A stretch of 64,000 nt of DNA. Origin: Candidatus Sumerlaeaceae bacterium. Its GTDB lineage: Bacteria; Sumerlaeota; Sumerlaeia; Sumerlaeales; Sumerlaeaceae. Where the stretch lies: positions 37,086 through 101,085 of the forward strand of contig JBPCLP010000016.1 of NCBI GenBank assembly GCA_051003195.1, in the 5' to 3' direction. The notes beneath the pieces are model-generated. The model did not search any database and was not told the origin of the DNA. It worked only from the letters and a program-made list of their open reading frames with translations. The translations under genes were made by a program, and so were the position numbers. Below are positions 20,031 through 30,600 of this stretch, piece by piece (position 1 is the first letter of the stretch; every line of letters begins with the position of its first letter).

Positions 20031-21491
20031 ATGATCAGGTTCGCAGTGATAAACGGTTATTCGGCACTGTTGCTGGTTACGGTATTATGCGCTTGTACGC
20101 GAGCGAATGCGGAAACTACTTCGCCGTCGTCCAAACGTCCCAACATCCTCTACATCATGTCGGACGACCACGCCGCGCACGCGATCAGTTGCTATGGGAG
20201 CAAGATCAACAAAACGCCCAACATCGACCGCATTGCCGCGGAGGGCATGAGACTGACCAACTGCTTTGCGACAAACGCCCTTTGCGCTCCCAGCCGTGCA
20301 ACGATTCTTACGAGCAAATACAGCCATCTGAACGGCGTTCGATCCCATGGCAGCCCGCCGTTCGATGGAACACAGGTTACCTTCCCCACCATGCTGAAGC
20401 AGGCTGGCTACCAGACCGCAGTGATCGGTAAATGGCACCTGAAAAGCAATCCGATGGGATTCGATTATTACAATGTGCTGCCCGGCCAGGGACAGTACGT
20501 GAACCCGCGCTTTATCGACATGGGTACCACGCGCACGGTGAAAGGATATGCAACCGACCTGATCACCGATTTCAGCATCGACTGGCTTGAGAAGCGCGAT
20601 CCGGGCAAACCGTTCCTGCTATTGTGCCACCACAAAGCACCGCATCGCGAGTGGACTCCGGATGCAAAACACGCCACGATGTATGAGAATGAGGAGATTC
20701 CAAAACCGCCTACCTTTGATGACGATTATTCGCATCGCGCATCACCAGCGCGCAATGCGAAGATGCGGATTGAAAGCGACCTGAGCACCACCGACGTGAA
20801 GACCACGCCGCCGCAGGGACTCGCCGCCGCAGAACTCAAAAACTGGCACTATCAGCGCTACATCAAAGATTACCTGCGCTGCGTCGCATCCGTGGACGAC
20901 AATGTCGGGCGACTGCTGGACTACCTGAAGGCGAACAACCTGCTCGAGAACACGATCGTGATCTATACATCCGACCAGGGATTCTTCCTCGGCGACCACG
21001 GATGGTACGACAAGCGTTTCATGTACGAAGAATCAATGCGGATGCCGTTCGTTGTCCGGTACCCGAAGGAAATAAAGGCGGGCAGCGCTTCGGACGCGTT
21101 CATTATTAATGCCGACTTTGGCCCAACACTTCTCGACTTCGCGCAAGTACCCAGGGCCGCGGAAATGCAGGGCGAATCGTTCCGGCCATGGCTGCGCGCT
21201 CAAAAGCCCGCGAAATGGCGCGACGCCGTCTATTACCATTTCTTTGAGTACCCCGACCATGACCACCTGGTCGCGCGGCACTACGGTATCCGCACGGATC
21301 GCTACAAGCTGGTCCACTACTACCATCCCGTCGATGAGTGGGAACTGTTCGACCTGGAAAAAGACCCACAGGAGCTGCGTAGCGTTTATGATGATCCGGC
21401 GCAGGTGGAAAATATTGCGCTGCTGAAAACCAGGCTCAAAGCGCTCCGCGAACAATACCAGGACCCCGAGGACAAAGAACTGCTGAAGTAA
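20031..21491 (+). CDS. Secreted Cys-type sulfatase
   Basis: Signal peptide; PNILYIMSDDH, CAPSR (CxPxR), GKWHL, YTSDQG; GGAGG RBS. Confidence 0.93.
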   Translation: MIRFAVINGYSALLLVTVLCACTRANAETTSPSSKRPNILYIMSDDHAAHAISCYGSKINKTPNIDRIAAEGMRLTNCFATNALCAPSRATILTSKYSHLNGVRSHGSPPFDGTQVTFPTMLKQAGYQTAVIGKWHLKSNPMGFDYYNVLPGQGQYVNPRFIDMGTTRTVKGYATDLITDFSIDWLEKRDPGKPFLLLCHHKAPHREWTPDAKHATMYENEEIPKPPTFDDDYSHRASPARNAKMRIESDLSTTDVKTTPPQGLAAAELKNWHYQRYIKDYLRCVASVDDNVGRLLDYLKANNLLENTIVIYTSDQGFFLGDHGWYDKRFMYEESMRMPFVVRYPKEIKAGSASDAFIINADFGPTLLDFAQVPRAAEMQGESFRPWLRAQKPAKWRDAVYYHFFEYPDHDHLVARHYGIRTDRYKLVHYYHPVDEWELFDLEKDPQELRSVYDDPAQVENIALLKTRLKALREQYQDPEDKELLK

Positions 21492-21569
21492 AATCTTCCT
21501 GCTAATCGCAGGTGCAATGTTTGCGAAACCTGATTGCGTTCTTCTGCGTCAGAATCGAATTGCACATGC

Positions 21570-23567
21570 ATGCCCGTCCTGGCCACAGCCGCCGAGCGCT
21601 TTCACCGGAACCCGCCTCCGTGGATCGCACTCCTTGTGTTCGCCACTACTCTGCCCGTTCTCATTCACAACGCCGCGCCGGGGTTAAGCTTTCACGACAG
21701 CGGCGAGTTCTCACTCGCGGCGGCCTCTTATGGCCTGACGCATCCACCAGGCGCGCCAACCTACACACTGCTGGCTGCTCCGTTTGCACACATATTCGGA
21801 TTCTCCGATTTCGCACGTGCCGCAAACTGCTTTTCCGCGGTGATGGGTTCAGCGGCGCTGGCGCTCCTGTTTGTTCTCGCGGACCAGGTCTTATCCCAGT
21901 TGTTCGGCAACCTCCGACCAGCTCGCAGGATGTTATGCGCACTGGTGGCTCCGCTGTTTCTGCTGAATTCTGAAAGCTTCCTCGAGCAATCTTTCGTGGC
22001 CGAACAGTACACACTGCTCACCGCACTGATGATATTGTTCCTTCTGTGCGCAGTTGCGAGCTGCGTTGCGATCCGGAATCCAACGCAGATACGCGAACGT
22101 CGTGGATTGCTCTTCGCTACGGGTGCTGTCACAGGATTGGCCATTGGCAACCATCCCAGCCAGATCTGTTTAACCATCGGAACGCTGCTGATCATCGGCA
22201 TCGCGCTGAAACATCGCGGATTCAAAGCCGCGGTTAGCGTTGGCCTGTGGTGCGCGTCCGGTTTATTTGCAGGGTTACTGGTATTCCTGTACCTGCCGCT
22301 GTGCGCGGTGCGTCGCCCCGTGCTCGATGCCGTCGGTGCGACGTCCTGGAAGCGAATGGCGGCAGCCCTCACGAGGCAGGTCTATGACCGCCGTCAATGG
22401 TCCGCCTTACCGGAGCAGTTCGTGCCCGAACTGCTGCTCAGCTATGATTTCATTGGTGAAATCAGCCTGCCTGGATTCGTACTCGCGCTGGTTGGACTCG
22501 CCGCGCTCATTGTCCGACGTACTACGACAGCATTGTTGCCATTCGCTGTAATTACAGGTTTCGGCGCAGGGATGTTTTTGGCGTTTGTGCGCCATAACTT
22601 CGACGTTCTTTACCTCAGGCTCTACGGGGTGCGTGACTGGCATTTACCCTTGTATGCCGGCGCCGCGCTTCTTGCCAGCATTGGCACCGCGGCAGCGGTG
22701 CACTGGCGCCCCATGCAACGTCGTGGCGTTGCGGTCGCTGCCATTGCATTGATTCTACTGATTGGCGCCACCTCCGCCAGCTTATCCGTGCGAAGGGCGT
22801 CCCTGCGCGACTTCTCTGCACCACAACGTTTCCTTCAGGAGATGTGGAGCGCACTACCTGCCGACAGTATTGTGCTGGCGGGCACGGACAACGGCTCCAT
22901 GATGCTCAGCTACTACTCCTGCCGGACAGGTAAACCCGTCGAGCCCCAGCGAATCTTTCACGGGCAACTATCCGAACTGGCTGCCGCCGTGCCTTCCCGC
23001 GATGGCACCTGGACAACTGAGACAAAAGTTGCCTGTCTCGACGCGCTGGACGACCCTGACATCCAGCCGCTGAAGCTTCCGAAGATCGACGATAAGCGGC
23101 TGCGCAATGCGCCGGTTTTTGCGGATCACCAGGACGGTGCAGGCGTGCTTTCCCCAAACCTGCTTCCGGCAGGCATGATGTTCCTGCTGACCGACCACCC
23201 GGTTACTGACAAGGAAATTGTCGAGGCCGAACTGGAAGGGCGACGAAAGTCTCCGGAAACATATGAGCTGCCGGAAGGCCAGGTGCACCGTTTGGAGCGC
23301 GAGGCCCGAGGGCTGGCATTCTGGCAACGCGCCGGCTATTTTTATCAGCGCGAACTGTGGAGGCTCGCAAAAGAAGATTTCCAGCGCGCTCTGCAATGGA
23401 CGCCTAACAACGGCGAATGCTGGTATGGGCTGGGCCTCTGCTTTGAAAAAACCGAGAGCGGCACTGCGTCGGCAGTCGCCGCGTATCGGGAAGCCCTGCA
23501 TCATCAAAGCTGGCTGGCCGGACCAAAGCAGCGGTTGGCTGCACTTGCTGAAGTTCCCGGTCCTTAA
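21570..23567 (+). CDS. DUF2723-domain (GT-C-like) membrane protein with C-terminal TPR
   Basis: DSGEF..GLTHPPGAPTY, AEQY, LAIGNH, LYLPL; many TM helices; TPR-like C-terminus. Confidence 0.8.
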   Translation: MPVLATAAERFHRNPPPWIALLVFATTLPVLIHNAAPGLSFHDSGEFSLAAASYGLTHPPGAPTYTLLAAPFAHIFGFSDFARAANCFSAVMGSAALALLFVLADQVLSQLFGNLRPARRMLCALVAPLFLLNSESFLEQSFVAEQYTLLTALMILFLLCAVASCVAIRNPTQIRERRGLLFATGAVTGLAIGNHPSQICLTIGTLLIIGIALKHRGFKAAVSVGLWCASGLFAGLLVFLYLPLCAVRRPVLDAVGATSWKRMAAALTRQVYDRRQWSALPEQFVPELLLSYDFIGEISLPGFVLALVGLAALIVRRTTTALLPFAVITGFGAGMFLAFVRHNFDVLYLRLYGVRDWHLPLYAGAALLASIGTAAAVHWRPMQRRGVAVAAIALILLIGATSASLSVRRASLRDFSAPQRFLQEMWSALPADSIVLAGTDNGSMMLSYYSCRTGKPVEPQRIFHGQLSELAAAVPSRDGTWTTETKVACLDALDDPDIQPLKLPKIDDKRLRNAPVFADHQDGAGVLSPNLLPAGMMFLLTDHPVTDKEIVEAELEGRRKSPETYELPEGQVHRLEREARGLAFWQRAGYFYQRELWRLAKEDFQRALQWTPNNGECWYGLGLCFEKTESGTASAVAAYREALHHQSWLAGPKQRLAALAEVPGP

Positions 23568-23574
23568 GGGCCCT

Positions 23575-24117
23575 CTAAAGGAACCGGATCGAGCCCGGAT
23601 ACGGCCACACCTGGCCATCATTGGCTTTGATTGCCCCAATTATAGCGAACAGAATTCCACAGAATACCAGCAGTATCAATAGCGGGACGCCAATGAAGAC
23701 GAAGCAGAGCAGGAAGAATACAAATCCCGCAATCAGTTCCGTGATGAGCCAGTTTAGAACGACTTTGCCATGCGCATCGACCTCGGCTGATTGTTCCTTG
23801 TTCACCGCCCACATGACGATGGGGAGAGCCAGGCCAAGAAACGGAATCATGAATCCTGCAAATTGGGAGAGGTGTAGCAGCATGCAGTAAACATTGGGCT
23901 CCATTCCCCAAATCTTTCCGTCTGTGGACGTCGGACTCCCCTCAGACGGGGTAGCTCCCAGGAACGGTGGCGGCGGAGGCGGGGCGATATTGGAGAAGGT
24001 CGATGCAGGCTCAGGGGAATTGAGTAATCGCTGCTTCTCGGTCTGAAATTCCTCTTCGCTCAGCACGCCCTGGCTTTTGAGTTCCTGCAGTTTCTGTAGC
24101 TCGTCGTATCGGGACAT
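23575..24117 (-). CDS. SHOCT + DUF4870 membrane protein
   Basis: DELQKLQELKSQGVLSEEEFQTEKQRLL (SHOCT); LLHLSQF..VDAHGK..IIGAIKANDG..WPYP (DUF4870). Confidence 0.85.
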   Translation of the reverse strand: MSRYDELQKLQELKSQGVLSEEEFQTEKQRLLNSPEPASTFSNIAPPPPPPFLGATPSEGSPTSTDGKIWGMEPNVYCMLLHLSQFAGFMIPFLGLALPIVMWAVNKEQSAEVDAHGKVVLNWLITELIAGFVFFLLCFVFIGVPLLILLVFCGILFAIIGAIKANDGQVWPYPGSIRFL

Positions 24118-24258
24118 TATGTTCCTTCCAGCCTTTTTCCAAATCGAATGACGCCATGGCACAGTTGGACGTGCAATGGCAATTCGGGCATAGAATTCAC
24201 ATACATCAGCATCGTCGCGGGCGAGAGTACAGACACGCAGAAAATGAAGGAGACTCAA

Positions 24259-25053
24259 ATGCAAAAGACAGAATCACCACGCACCCGCGAGCTCGCATTG
24301 GTTACGGGTGCCTCCATGGGCCTTGGCGAGGAGTATGCGCGGCAGTTGGCCGCTCGTGGAGTCGACCTTGTCCTGACTGCCCGCAGCACGGATCGTCTGA
24401 ACTCTGTGGCGCAGGAACTACGCGGTGCCGTGCAGACTCACGTCTTTTCGTGCGACCTCTCGGCCCCCGGAGCAGCAAAGCAGATCGTCGATTTTCTTGC
24501 CCTCGAAAACTTACAACCCAACTGGCTGATCAACAATGCGGGATTTGGCGACGCCGGCGCGTTCGAGAAACTTTCACCAGAACGCGTGCGTGACATCTGC
24601 ATGGTTAATATCGTCGCACTTACGGAGCTCACATCGCGTTTGCTGCCGGTGCTGAAAGCTGCCCCACCAGCAACCGCGCGGATAATAAACCTCTCCAGTG
24701 TAGCGGGTTTTCAGCCTGTACCCTACTTTAATGTGTATTCCGCCAGCAAAGCCTATGTGCTGAGTTTTTCCGACGCCCTGCACGAGGAACTAAAGCCTCA
24801 GGGAATACGTGTGCTCTGTGTCTGCCCCGGATACACGGCCACGAATTTCGCCGCCAATAATGGCATTAGTAAAAAGCACTTCTCCCGCACGCAGTCTGCT
24901 GCGGAAGTGGTTCGCAGGTCGCTCATTGCCAGCGACGCAGGTAAATCTGTGCTGGTTACACGCAGTCACGCGCAGGTGCTGGCTGCCAAGTTCGCTCCCC
25001 GTCTACTTGTACGTAAACTGGCGGCCTCTGTAGCTCGAACTTACACTGAGTAA
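24259..25053 (+). CDS. Short-chain dehydrogenase/reductase
   Basis: TGASMGLG, NNAGFG, YSASK; AAGGAG RBS before ATG 24259. Confidence 0.92.
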   Translation: MQKTESPRTRELALVTGASMGLGEEYARQLAARGVDLVLTARSTDRLNSVAQELRGAVQTHVFSCDLSAPGAAKQIVDFLALENLQPNWLINNAGFGDAGAFEKLSPERVRDICMVNIVALTELTSRLLPVLKAAPPATARIINLSSVAGFQPVPYFNVYSASKAYVLSFSDALHEELKPQGIRVLCVCPGYTATNFAANNGISKKHFSRTQSAAEVVRRSLIASDAGKSVLVTRSHAQVLAAKFAPRLLVRKLAASVARTYTE

Positions 25054-25301
25054 AACCTGCTAAAAGCTGTTGCCAGAACGCTTTCGCGTATCGTAGCCAA
25101 TTAATCGTAAACAGTAAAGCATATGTGAATTGCATAGGCATTGCGATTCGCTGCGACTCAACGAACTGCTTCAAGTTCCTTGCGTCCGCACTCACCGGCC
25201 GTGGTTGAAAGCTTGCTCGCAAAACAAGGGAGCTTCCGACCTCGGGCGGTGAAGCTGTCGGCAGACGTAGCGGCCGCATTGCCGCAGGAGAATGTCCGCC
25301 C

Positions 25302-27050
25302 ATGCCAGAAACCAACCCTACCGACGAGAACATCGATCCAATTTTGGATGCCGGCACACTAGCTGGAGGCGAATCGGAACAGTTCGACGACCTCATGTCC
25401 GACTACCTTGAGTCTATGTCCGAGCTCGAAGTAGGGCAGCTCGCCAAGGCAACGGTGGTCGAGATCAAAAAGGACCAGGTTCTTCTCGATGTTGGCGACA
25501 AGGCAGAAGGCGTGGCGGACGTTCGCGAGTTCACGGACTTCAAGGGCAACGTAACGGTTCAGCCTGGCCAGCAGATTGAGGTCGTGATTGAGAGCCGGGA
25601 TGCGGATACTGGCCAGGTAAACGTCTCCTACCGCAAGGCGCGCCAGCGGGTGGAGTGGAACCGCGTCGTTGAAGCGTTCGAGAAAGGTCATACCATCCGC
25701 GGACAGGTCGTGCGGGCCCTTAAAAACGGGGTGCTCGTCGATGCGGGAGTACCATGCTTTCTCCCAGCTTCTCAGCTGGACGTGAACCGCGTCGAAGACC
25801 TCGAGACGTTCGTTGGTCAGGATGTTGAATGTTATGTCATCGACGTCGATCGCCAGCGCAGGCGGGGGGTGCTATCTCGCCGACGTCTTCTGGCAGAAGA
25901 GCAGAAGAAAAAACGCGCCGACATACTGGCGGGCCTGGAAGAGGGCCAGACGCTCGAAGGCCGCGTCAAAAGCATACTCGATTTCGGGGTTTTCGTAGAT
26001 ATGGGAGGCATCGATGGACTGGTGCCCCGTGAAGAAGTCGCATGGGAAAAACGCGTCAATCTGTCGGACGTACTAAAGCAGGGAGTCCGTTACAAGTTCA
26101 AGATTATTGGCATAGACCGAGACCGGGAAAGAGTGACGCTAAGCCGCAGGCAACTGAAGCCTGATCCATGGCAAAAGATCGAGACCGATTATCCGCGCGA
26201 ACTGGCCGTCAAGGGCACTGTGACGAACCTCACCAATAACTGTGCGTATGTCGTACTCGCGGATGGCGTTGAAGGGCGCATTCACCGCAATAATCTCAGC
26301 TGGAACCCATCGATAAAAAAACCAAGCGACCTTCTGAAGAAGAACGCCGAAGTGCAGGCCACTGTCCTGGATTATGATAATGATAAACGCTTGCTGGAGC
26401 TCGGCGTGAGGCAATTGACCAGCGACCCGTGGGAGAACATTGAGGGACGCTTTCCCCCTAAATCGCGCCAGACTGTTACGATCTCCGATGTCGTTTCGTT
26501 TGGGGCTTTTGTGCAGCTCGACGAACACACAAAGGGGCTCATTCACATTTCTGACATGAGCTACGACCGGAACTTCAAAGACCCGAAACAACTGGTAAAG
26601 CCCGGAGACGAGGTTGAGGTCCTGGTTCTCAAGATCGACAAAGAAGCCCGCCGCATCAACTTCGGCATGAAGCAGCTTGAGGAAGATCCGTTCACCGCTT
26701 TCATTAAGAAACATCCTAGCGGTTCGACGGTAACGGGCAAAATTAAGTGCGTTGCCAGTTTTGGCGCCTTTGTGGAACTGGCGCCCAGCCTCGAAGGTCT
26801 GCTGCACATTTCGCAGTGGTCGAATGAAAAACTGGACTCACTTGAAAATGTAGCCAAGCCGGGCGATGAGGTGACGGTCAAAATTATCAAGGTTGAGAAG
26901 CCCATTAAGAAGATCAGCCTGAGCCGCAAAGCGCAAATGCATGATGAAGAACGCCGGGAAGTTCAGCAGTACAAGCAGTCCAGCCCTGCGAAGGCGACCA
27001 CCAGTCTCGGCAGCCTGCTCAAAAACCTTAACATTGACGTAAAACACTAA
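25302..27050 (+). CDS. rpsA: 30S ribosomal protein S1
   Basis: Six S1 repeats (e.g. DFGVFVDMGGIDGL, FGAFV..GLIHISDM, GLLHISQ). Confidence 0.93.
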   Translation: MPETNPTDENIDPILDAGTLAGGESEQFDDLMSDYLESMSELEVGQLAKATVVEIKKDQVLLDVGDKAEGVADVREFTDFKGNVTVQPGQQIEVVIESRDADTGQVNVSYRKARQRVEWNRVVEAFEKGHTIRGQVVRALKNGVLVDAGVPCFLPASQLDVNRVEDLETFVGQDVECYVIDVDRQRRRGVLSRRRLLAEEQKKKRADILAGLEEGQTLEGRVKSILDFGVFVDMGGIDGLVPREEVAWEKRVNLSDVLKQGVRYKFKIIGIDRDRERVTLSRRQLKPDPWQKIETDYPRELAVKGTVTNLTNNCAYVVLADGVEGRIHRNNLSWNPSIKKPSDLLKKNAEVQATVLDYDNDKRLLELGVRQLTSDPWENIEGRFPPKSRQTVTISDVVSFGAFVQLDEHTKGLIHISDMSYDRNFKDPKQLVKPGDEVEVLVLKIDKEARRINFGMKQLEEDPFTAFIKKHPSGSTVTGKIKCVASFGAFVELAPSLEGLLHISQWSNEKLDSLENVAKPGDEVTVKIIKVEKPIKKISLSRKAQMHDEERREVQQYKQSSPAKATTSLGSLLKNLNIDVKH

Positions 27051-27145
27051 TGTGCCGTCCCAGAAGTTCATAGCTATACTTCAGGAAGCTTTCGAGCTGA
27101 CGGCACACAAAAACCAGTGAACGAATTAATGGGACACCACACCAG
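27047..27145 (+). mobile_element. MITE-like repeat, divergent copy with co-varying stem
   Basis: CTAA-TGTGCCGTC...GACGGCACAC-AAAAACCAGTGAACGAATTAATGGGACACCACA-CCAG. The left tetramer contains the rpsA stop. Confidence 0.8.
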
Positions 27146-27166
27146 GCCACGGCTAACGCGCAGCAG

Positions 27167-28039
27167 CTATTCTTTTACCGCTCCCAGCTGGATGCCGCGT
27201 ATAATAAACTTCTGCGCAAATACGAACATGAGTATTAGCGGCAGCAGGCTCATCAGGCTGGCTGCCATGATCAGGTTCGTCTGGCGCCCATAGACCGTAT
27301 CGAAGTACATCATGCCAATTGGCAGCGTCCTTAGGTATTCGCTCTTAATCATCACGAGCGGCCAGAAAAACAAACCATAGTTTCCCATGAAGGTGAGAAC
27401 CGCCAGGGTGGTCATTCCCGGGCGCACCAGCGGCATGATCACTTCCCAGAAAGTCTGCCAGTGGGTTGCTCCGTCCATGGCTGCGGCTTCATCAAGCGAG
27501 CGATGAATCGTAAGCATGAACTGGCGCAACAAGAACGTCCCGAACGCAGTGAATGCAGACGGCACGATCAGCCCGATATAAGAATCCAGCATGTGAAGCT
27601 TCACCATGAGCGTGTAATTCGGAATCATGACCACCACGCTCGGCACCATAAGTGTTGTCAGGTACAGCCGGAACACAACATCGCGCCCTGGCCATTGAAT
27701 GCGTGAAAACGCGTAGGCTGCCATGGCACTTGTGAAGACCTGTAGAAATGTAACCCACAGTGCGACAAAGATGCTGTTGAAGAAGTAGCGCGCAAAAGGG
27801 ATGTCTCGGAAAACATCCGCGTAATTATCGGGTCGCCAGTTTCTCGGCCACGGGTTCAGGCGCGAGACCTCCTCCAGCGGCTTGAAGCTCACGAGCAGCA
27901 TCCAGGCAAACGGCAGGAGAATCGCCAGTGAGACCATGATGAGAACCGCATGGCTCAGCAGGAACCGGCCGTATATCCACCACAAGCGCAGCAAGGGTAT
28001 GTCTGACCGGCCTCGTCTCATTTGATCACCTGTTTTCAA
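27167..28039 (-). CDS. Carbohydrate ABC transporter permease (MalG-like)
   Basis: LDEAAAMDGA EAA motif, FLLRQF, LGAVKE C-terminus. Confidence 0.92.
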   Translation of the reverse strand: MKTGDQMRRGRSDIPLLRLWWIYGRFLLSHAVLIMVSLAILLPFAWMLLVSFKPLEEVSRLNPWPRNWRPDNYADVFRDIPFARYFFNSIFVALWVTFLQVFTSAMAAYAFSRIQWPGRDVVFRLYLTTLMVPSVVVMIPNYTLMVKLHMLDSYIGLIVPSAFTAFGTFLLRQFMLTIHRSLDEAAAMDGATHWQTFWEVIMPLVRPGMTTLAVLTFMGNYGLFFWPLVMIKSEYLRTLPIGMMYFDTVYGRQTNLIMAASLMSLLPLILMFVFAQKFIIRGIQLGAVKE

Positions 28040-28112
28040 CTGAGCTGCATCCAGCTATTCATCGAGTCCGCCTGACGAAGCAGCTGCGCACCATGATGGG
28101 AAAACAAAAATG

Positions 28113-29105
28113 TCATTCAGTTTCCCCGCTGTTTCCGTAGCGCCAGTGCAAGAGCGTCACGGCAAAAATGGCTACAAAGACTACCCAGGCGACTGCCGAA
28201 GCGTACCCGATCTGAAACTCCTCGAACCCCTTATTATAGATATAGGCAGTCAGCGTTGTCGTTGTACCCGCCGGCCCACCATTTCCCGTCATGATGCGAC
28301 CTTGTTCAAAACCTCCCTGCAACCCGCCGATGAAACTCATCACGACGATGAAAAACGTGGTCGGTGCCAGCTGTGGCCATGTGACATTCCGGAACATCTG
28401 CCATCGGCTCGCACCGTCTATGGAAGCTGCTTCCAGCAGATCCCGCGGCACGTTACCCAGCGCCGCCATGTAGAGCAGCATGTTATTGCCTCCAATGGCT
28501 ATCCATATTCCCATAACGACAATCGCATCGCGAGCTCCAACACCCCATTGACGGCTGGTTAGACCTACGCGCTCCACTTCCAGGCCGAGTAGATTTCTTG
28601 TAGAGAGCAGCCATTGCGGTGCTCGAGCTGGCGAGATTCCTAACGCGCCCAGCAGATCGTTCACATGCAGATGATGAAGTGCCCAATTGATCCCTGCGTT
28701 GATCGGGCCGAATTCAGGGTTGTAGAGAGCCTTCCACAAAATCATCAGAGCCACTCCGCTCGTGATGCTCGGCAGGTAGAAGATTGTTCGGTAAAAGGTA
28801 ACGCCGCGCAGGGGCTGATTGAGCAGAAGCGCCAGCACCAGCGAGCCAGCAATCGCCAGCGGAATACCCAGCATCAGGTAGATCGTGTTGATTACATAAA
28901 GCCAGAACTCGGAATTATGAGCGAGTGCTGTAAAGTTGTCCAGCGCGATCCATCGGAAAGGGACTGTGCGCTGCAGATTCCAGTTTGAGAGGCTTACAAC
29001 CAGCGAGAAGAGCACTGGACCTGCCGTGAAGACGACAAAGCCGACTAGATTTGGCGCGAGAAACCCTGCCGCTGCGGCATAATCGCTTCTCCGCGTACTT
29101 CTCAC
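28113..29105 (-). CDS. Carbohydrate ABC transporter permease (MalF-like)
   Basis: YRTIFYLP, LLEAASIDGA, GYASAVAW. Confidence 0.92.
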   Translation of the reverse strand: MRSTRRSDYAAAAGFLAPNLVGFVVFTAGPVLFSLVVSLSNWNLQRTVPFRWIALDNFTALAHNSEFWLYVINTIYLMLGIPLAIAGSLVLALLLNQPLRGVTFYRTIFYLPSITSGVALMILWKALYNPEFGPINAGINWALHHLHVNDLLGALGISPARAPQWLLSTRNLLGLEVERVGLTSRQWGVGARDAIVVMGIWIAIGGNNMLLYMAALGNVPRDLLEAASIDGASRWQMFRNVTWPQLAPTTFFIVVMSFIGGLQGGFEQGRIMTGNGGPAGTTTTLTAYIYNKGFEEFQIGYASAVAWVVFVAIFAVTLLHWRYGNSGETE

Positions 29106-30460
29106 TTTGGCTGCCTTGCCACTCGTGCGTCGTATTCCCGTTTCAAGTCGGGATTGTTCGCGATGTTTTCCTGGATCTGCGCGTTGATTTGGGCCGCCAG
29201 TTGGCGCATGGCATCCGCCGCCGATTTCTGGTTTATTTTTACCAGGTCGATTTGTTTGTTAAGCCAGCCATAGGCTTGTACCGCATCGATAAACGGGCTG
29301 ACCGCTTCCTGTTCCGTGTGGTTCATGACCTCACGCCAGACTGTATTAAAGTCTTCGTCCGGGTAATCCGGATCGTGTAAGAAATCATCCGTGTAGCTAT
29401 ACTTTTTCACGGGTCCAACGGCGTCTGCCTGGTGGTTGATCAACTGGTTGTATTCTTTTGAGGCCATGTACTGCATGAATCTTAGCGCCTGCTCACGGCG
29501 TGGGCTGCTTTTATTAATAATAATACTTTTACCGTAGCCATAAAACACGCGGCGTTTCGCGTGCGGACATTCCACGGCTCCAAGTCTTAGTCCTTTGATT
29601 TCCCGCAGCCGCACGAGCCACCATCTTCCGCCCACCGCCATCGCCGATTTGCTTTCGCCAAAAAGCGTCATGATGCCGGCGCCCCAACCACCCTGCGTCG
29701 CGATCGCCAGCTCTTCATTAGGGTTCGGCGTCACATGGTACTTGTAGACAAGGTCATGCATGAATTGCGTAGCCGCGATGACTTCCGGGCTGTCCGTGAC
29801 GCAGCGGGTACCATCCGCGCTATAAAAGTGCCCCCCCCATTGAATAACGAAAAGCCGCCATTGCTGGATCCAGTCGAAGGCGAGCGCATAACACACTATT
29901 TTGCCTTGCGCGTCCCGCTGTACGAGGCGTTGCGCGAATGGTACAAACTGCTCCCAGGTCCATGGTCCCGTGGGATATTGCACGCCAAGCTTGTCCAGAA
30001 TGTCCTTGTTAAACCAAACGGCGTCCGCGGCGGCATTGCACGGGAATCCAAAAACGCGATCCCCTACGCGGAACGTACATTCCGCCGCCGGCCAAACGTC
30101 TTGTTTCATGTCGATTCCAAGTGCCGCAAGCTGGTCCGTTACATCCCACGCTATCCCCGACCTTACATACCCCAGTACCTGAAAACCGTCGAAGGCGCAT
30201 AGGATATCGGGCCCAACACCGGCAAGACATTGAATGACGACCTTGGAGGCCATATCAGGTGTCGATGGATCCAGCGAAATAGCACAATCGGGATTCTGGC
30301 GATGAAACAGCGCGAGCTGTTCGCGGCGTGCAGGCGCATCGTCTGCCATCCAGATCATGTGCGTACGACCGTCTTTAGGTGCTCGCGGCTTCATTGCCCA
30401 CGCGAGTACCGAAAGCGCAGTCAGCACAGCGAGCCCGATGGAAAACAAAGACTTCATCAA
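29102..30460 (-). CDS. Sugar ABC transporter substrate-binding protein
   Basis: N-terminal anchor; WFNKDILDKLG..WTWEQF; adjacent to two permeases. Confidence 0.88.
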   Translation of the reverse strand: MMKSLFSIGLAVLTALSVLAWAMKPRAPKDGRTHMIWMADDAPARREQLALFHRQNPDCAISLDPSTPDMASKVVIQCLAGVGPDILCAFDGFQVLGYVRSGIAWDVTDQLAALGIDMKQDVWPAAECTFRVGDRVFGFPCNAAADAVWFNKDILDKLGVQYPTGPWTWEQFVPFAQRLVQRDAQGKIVCYALAFDWIQQWRLFVIQWGGHFYSADGTRCVTDSPEVIAATQFMHDLVYKYHVTPNPNEELAIATQGGWGAGIMTLFGESKSAMAVGGRWWLVRLREIKGLRLGAVECPHAKRRVFYGYGKSIIINKSSPRREQALRFMQYMASKEYNQLINHQADAVGPVKKYSYTDDFLHDPDYPDEDFNTVWREVMNHTEQEAVSPFIDAVQAYGWLNKQIDLVKINQKSAADAMRQLAAQINAQIQENIANNPDLKREYDARVARQPK

Positions 30461-30600
30461 CCGCAGGACGTTAGAAGCCCTTCGCGCATTTGCAATCCAT
30501 TGTTCCAGCTATTGGTGTGCTGCTGAAATAGTTGAAGTACGGTTCTCACTCTTCGATTACTCCCGCTCTCCCGGTTATGGGCTTTTTTCACCCGCCCTAA

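Noticed and set aside
25352..25362. CGGCACACTAG in the rpsA 5' coding region, a reverse-complement match to the repeat's left end
   Set aside because: Only 11 nt match; the inner arm and tail are not convincingly present.
27167..30460. Sugar ABC operon lacking an ATPase gene
   Set aside because: This is common; such importers often share a MalK/MsmK-type ATPase encoded elsewhere.
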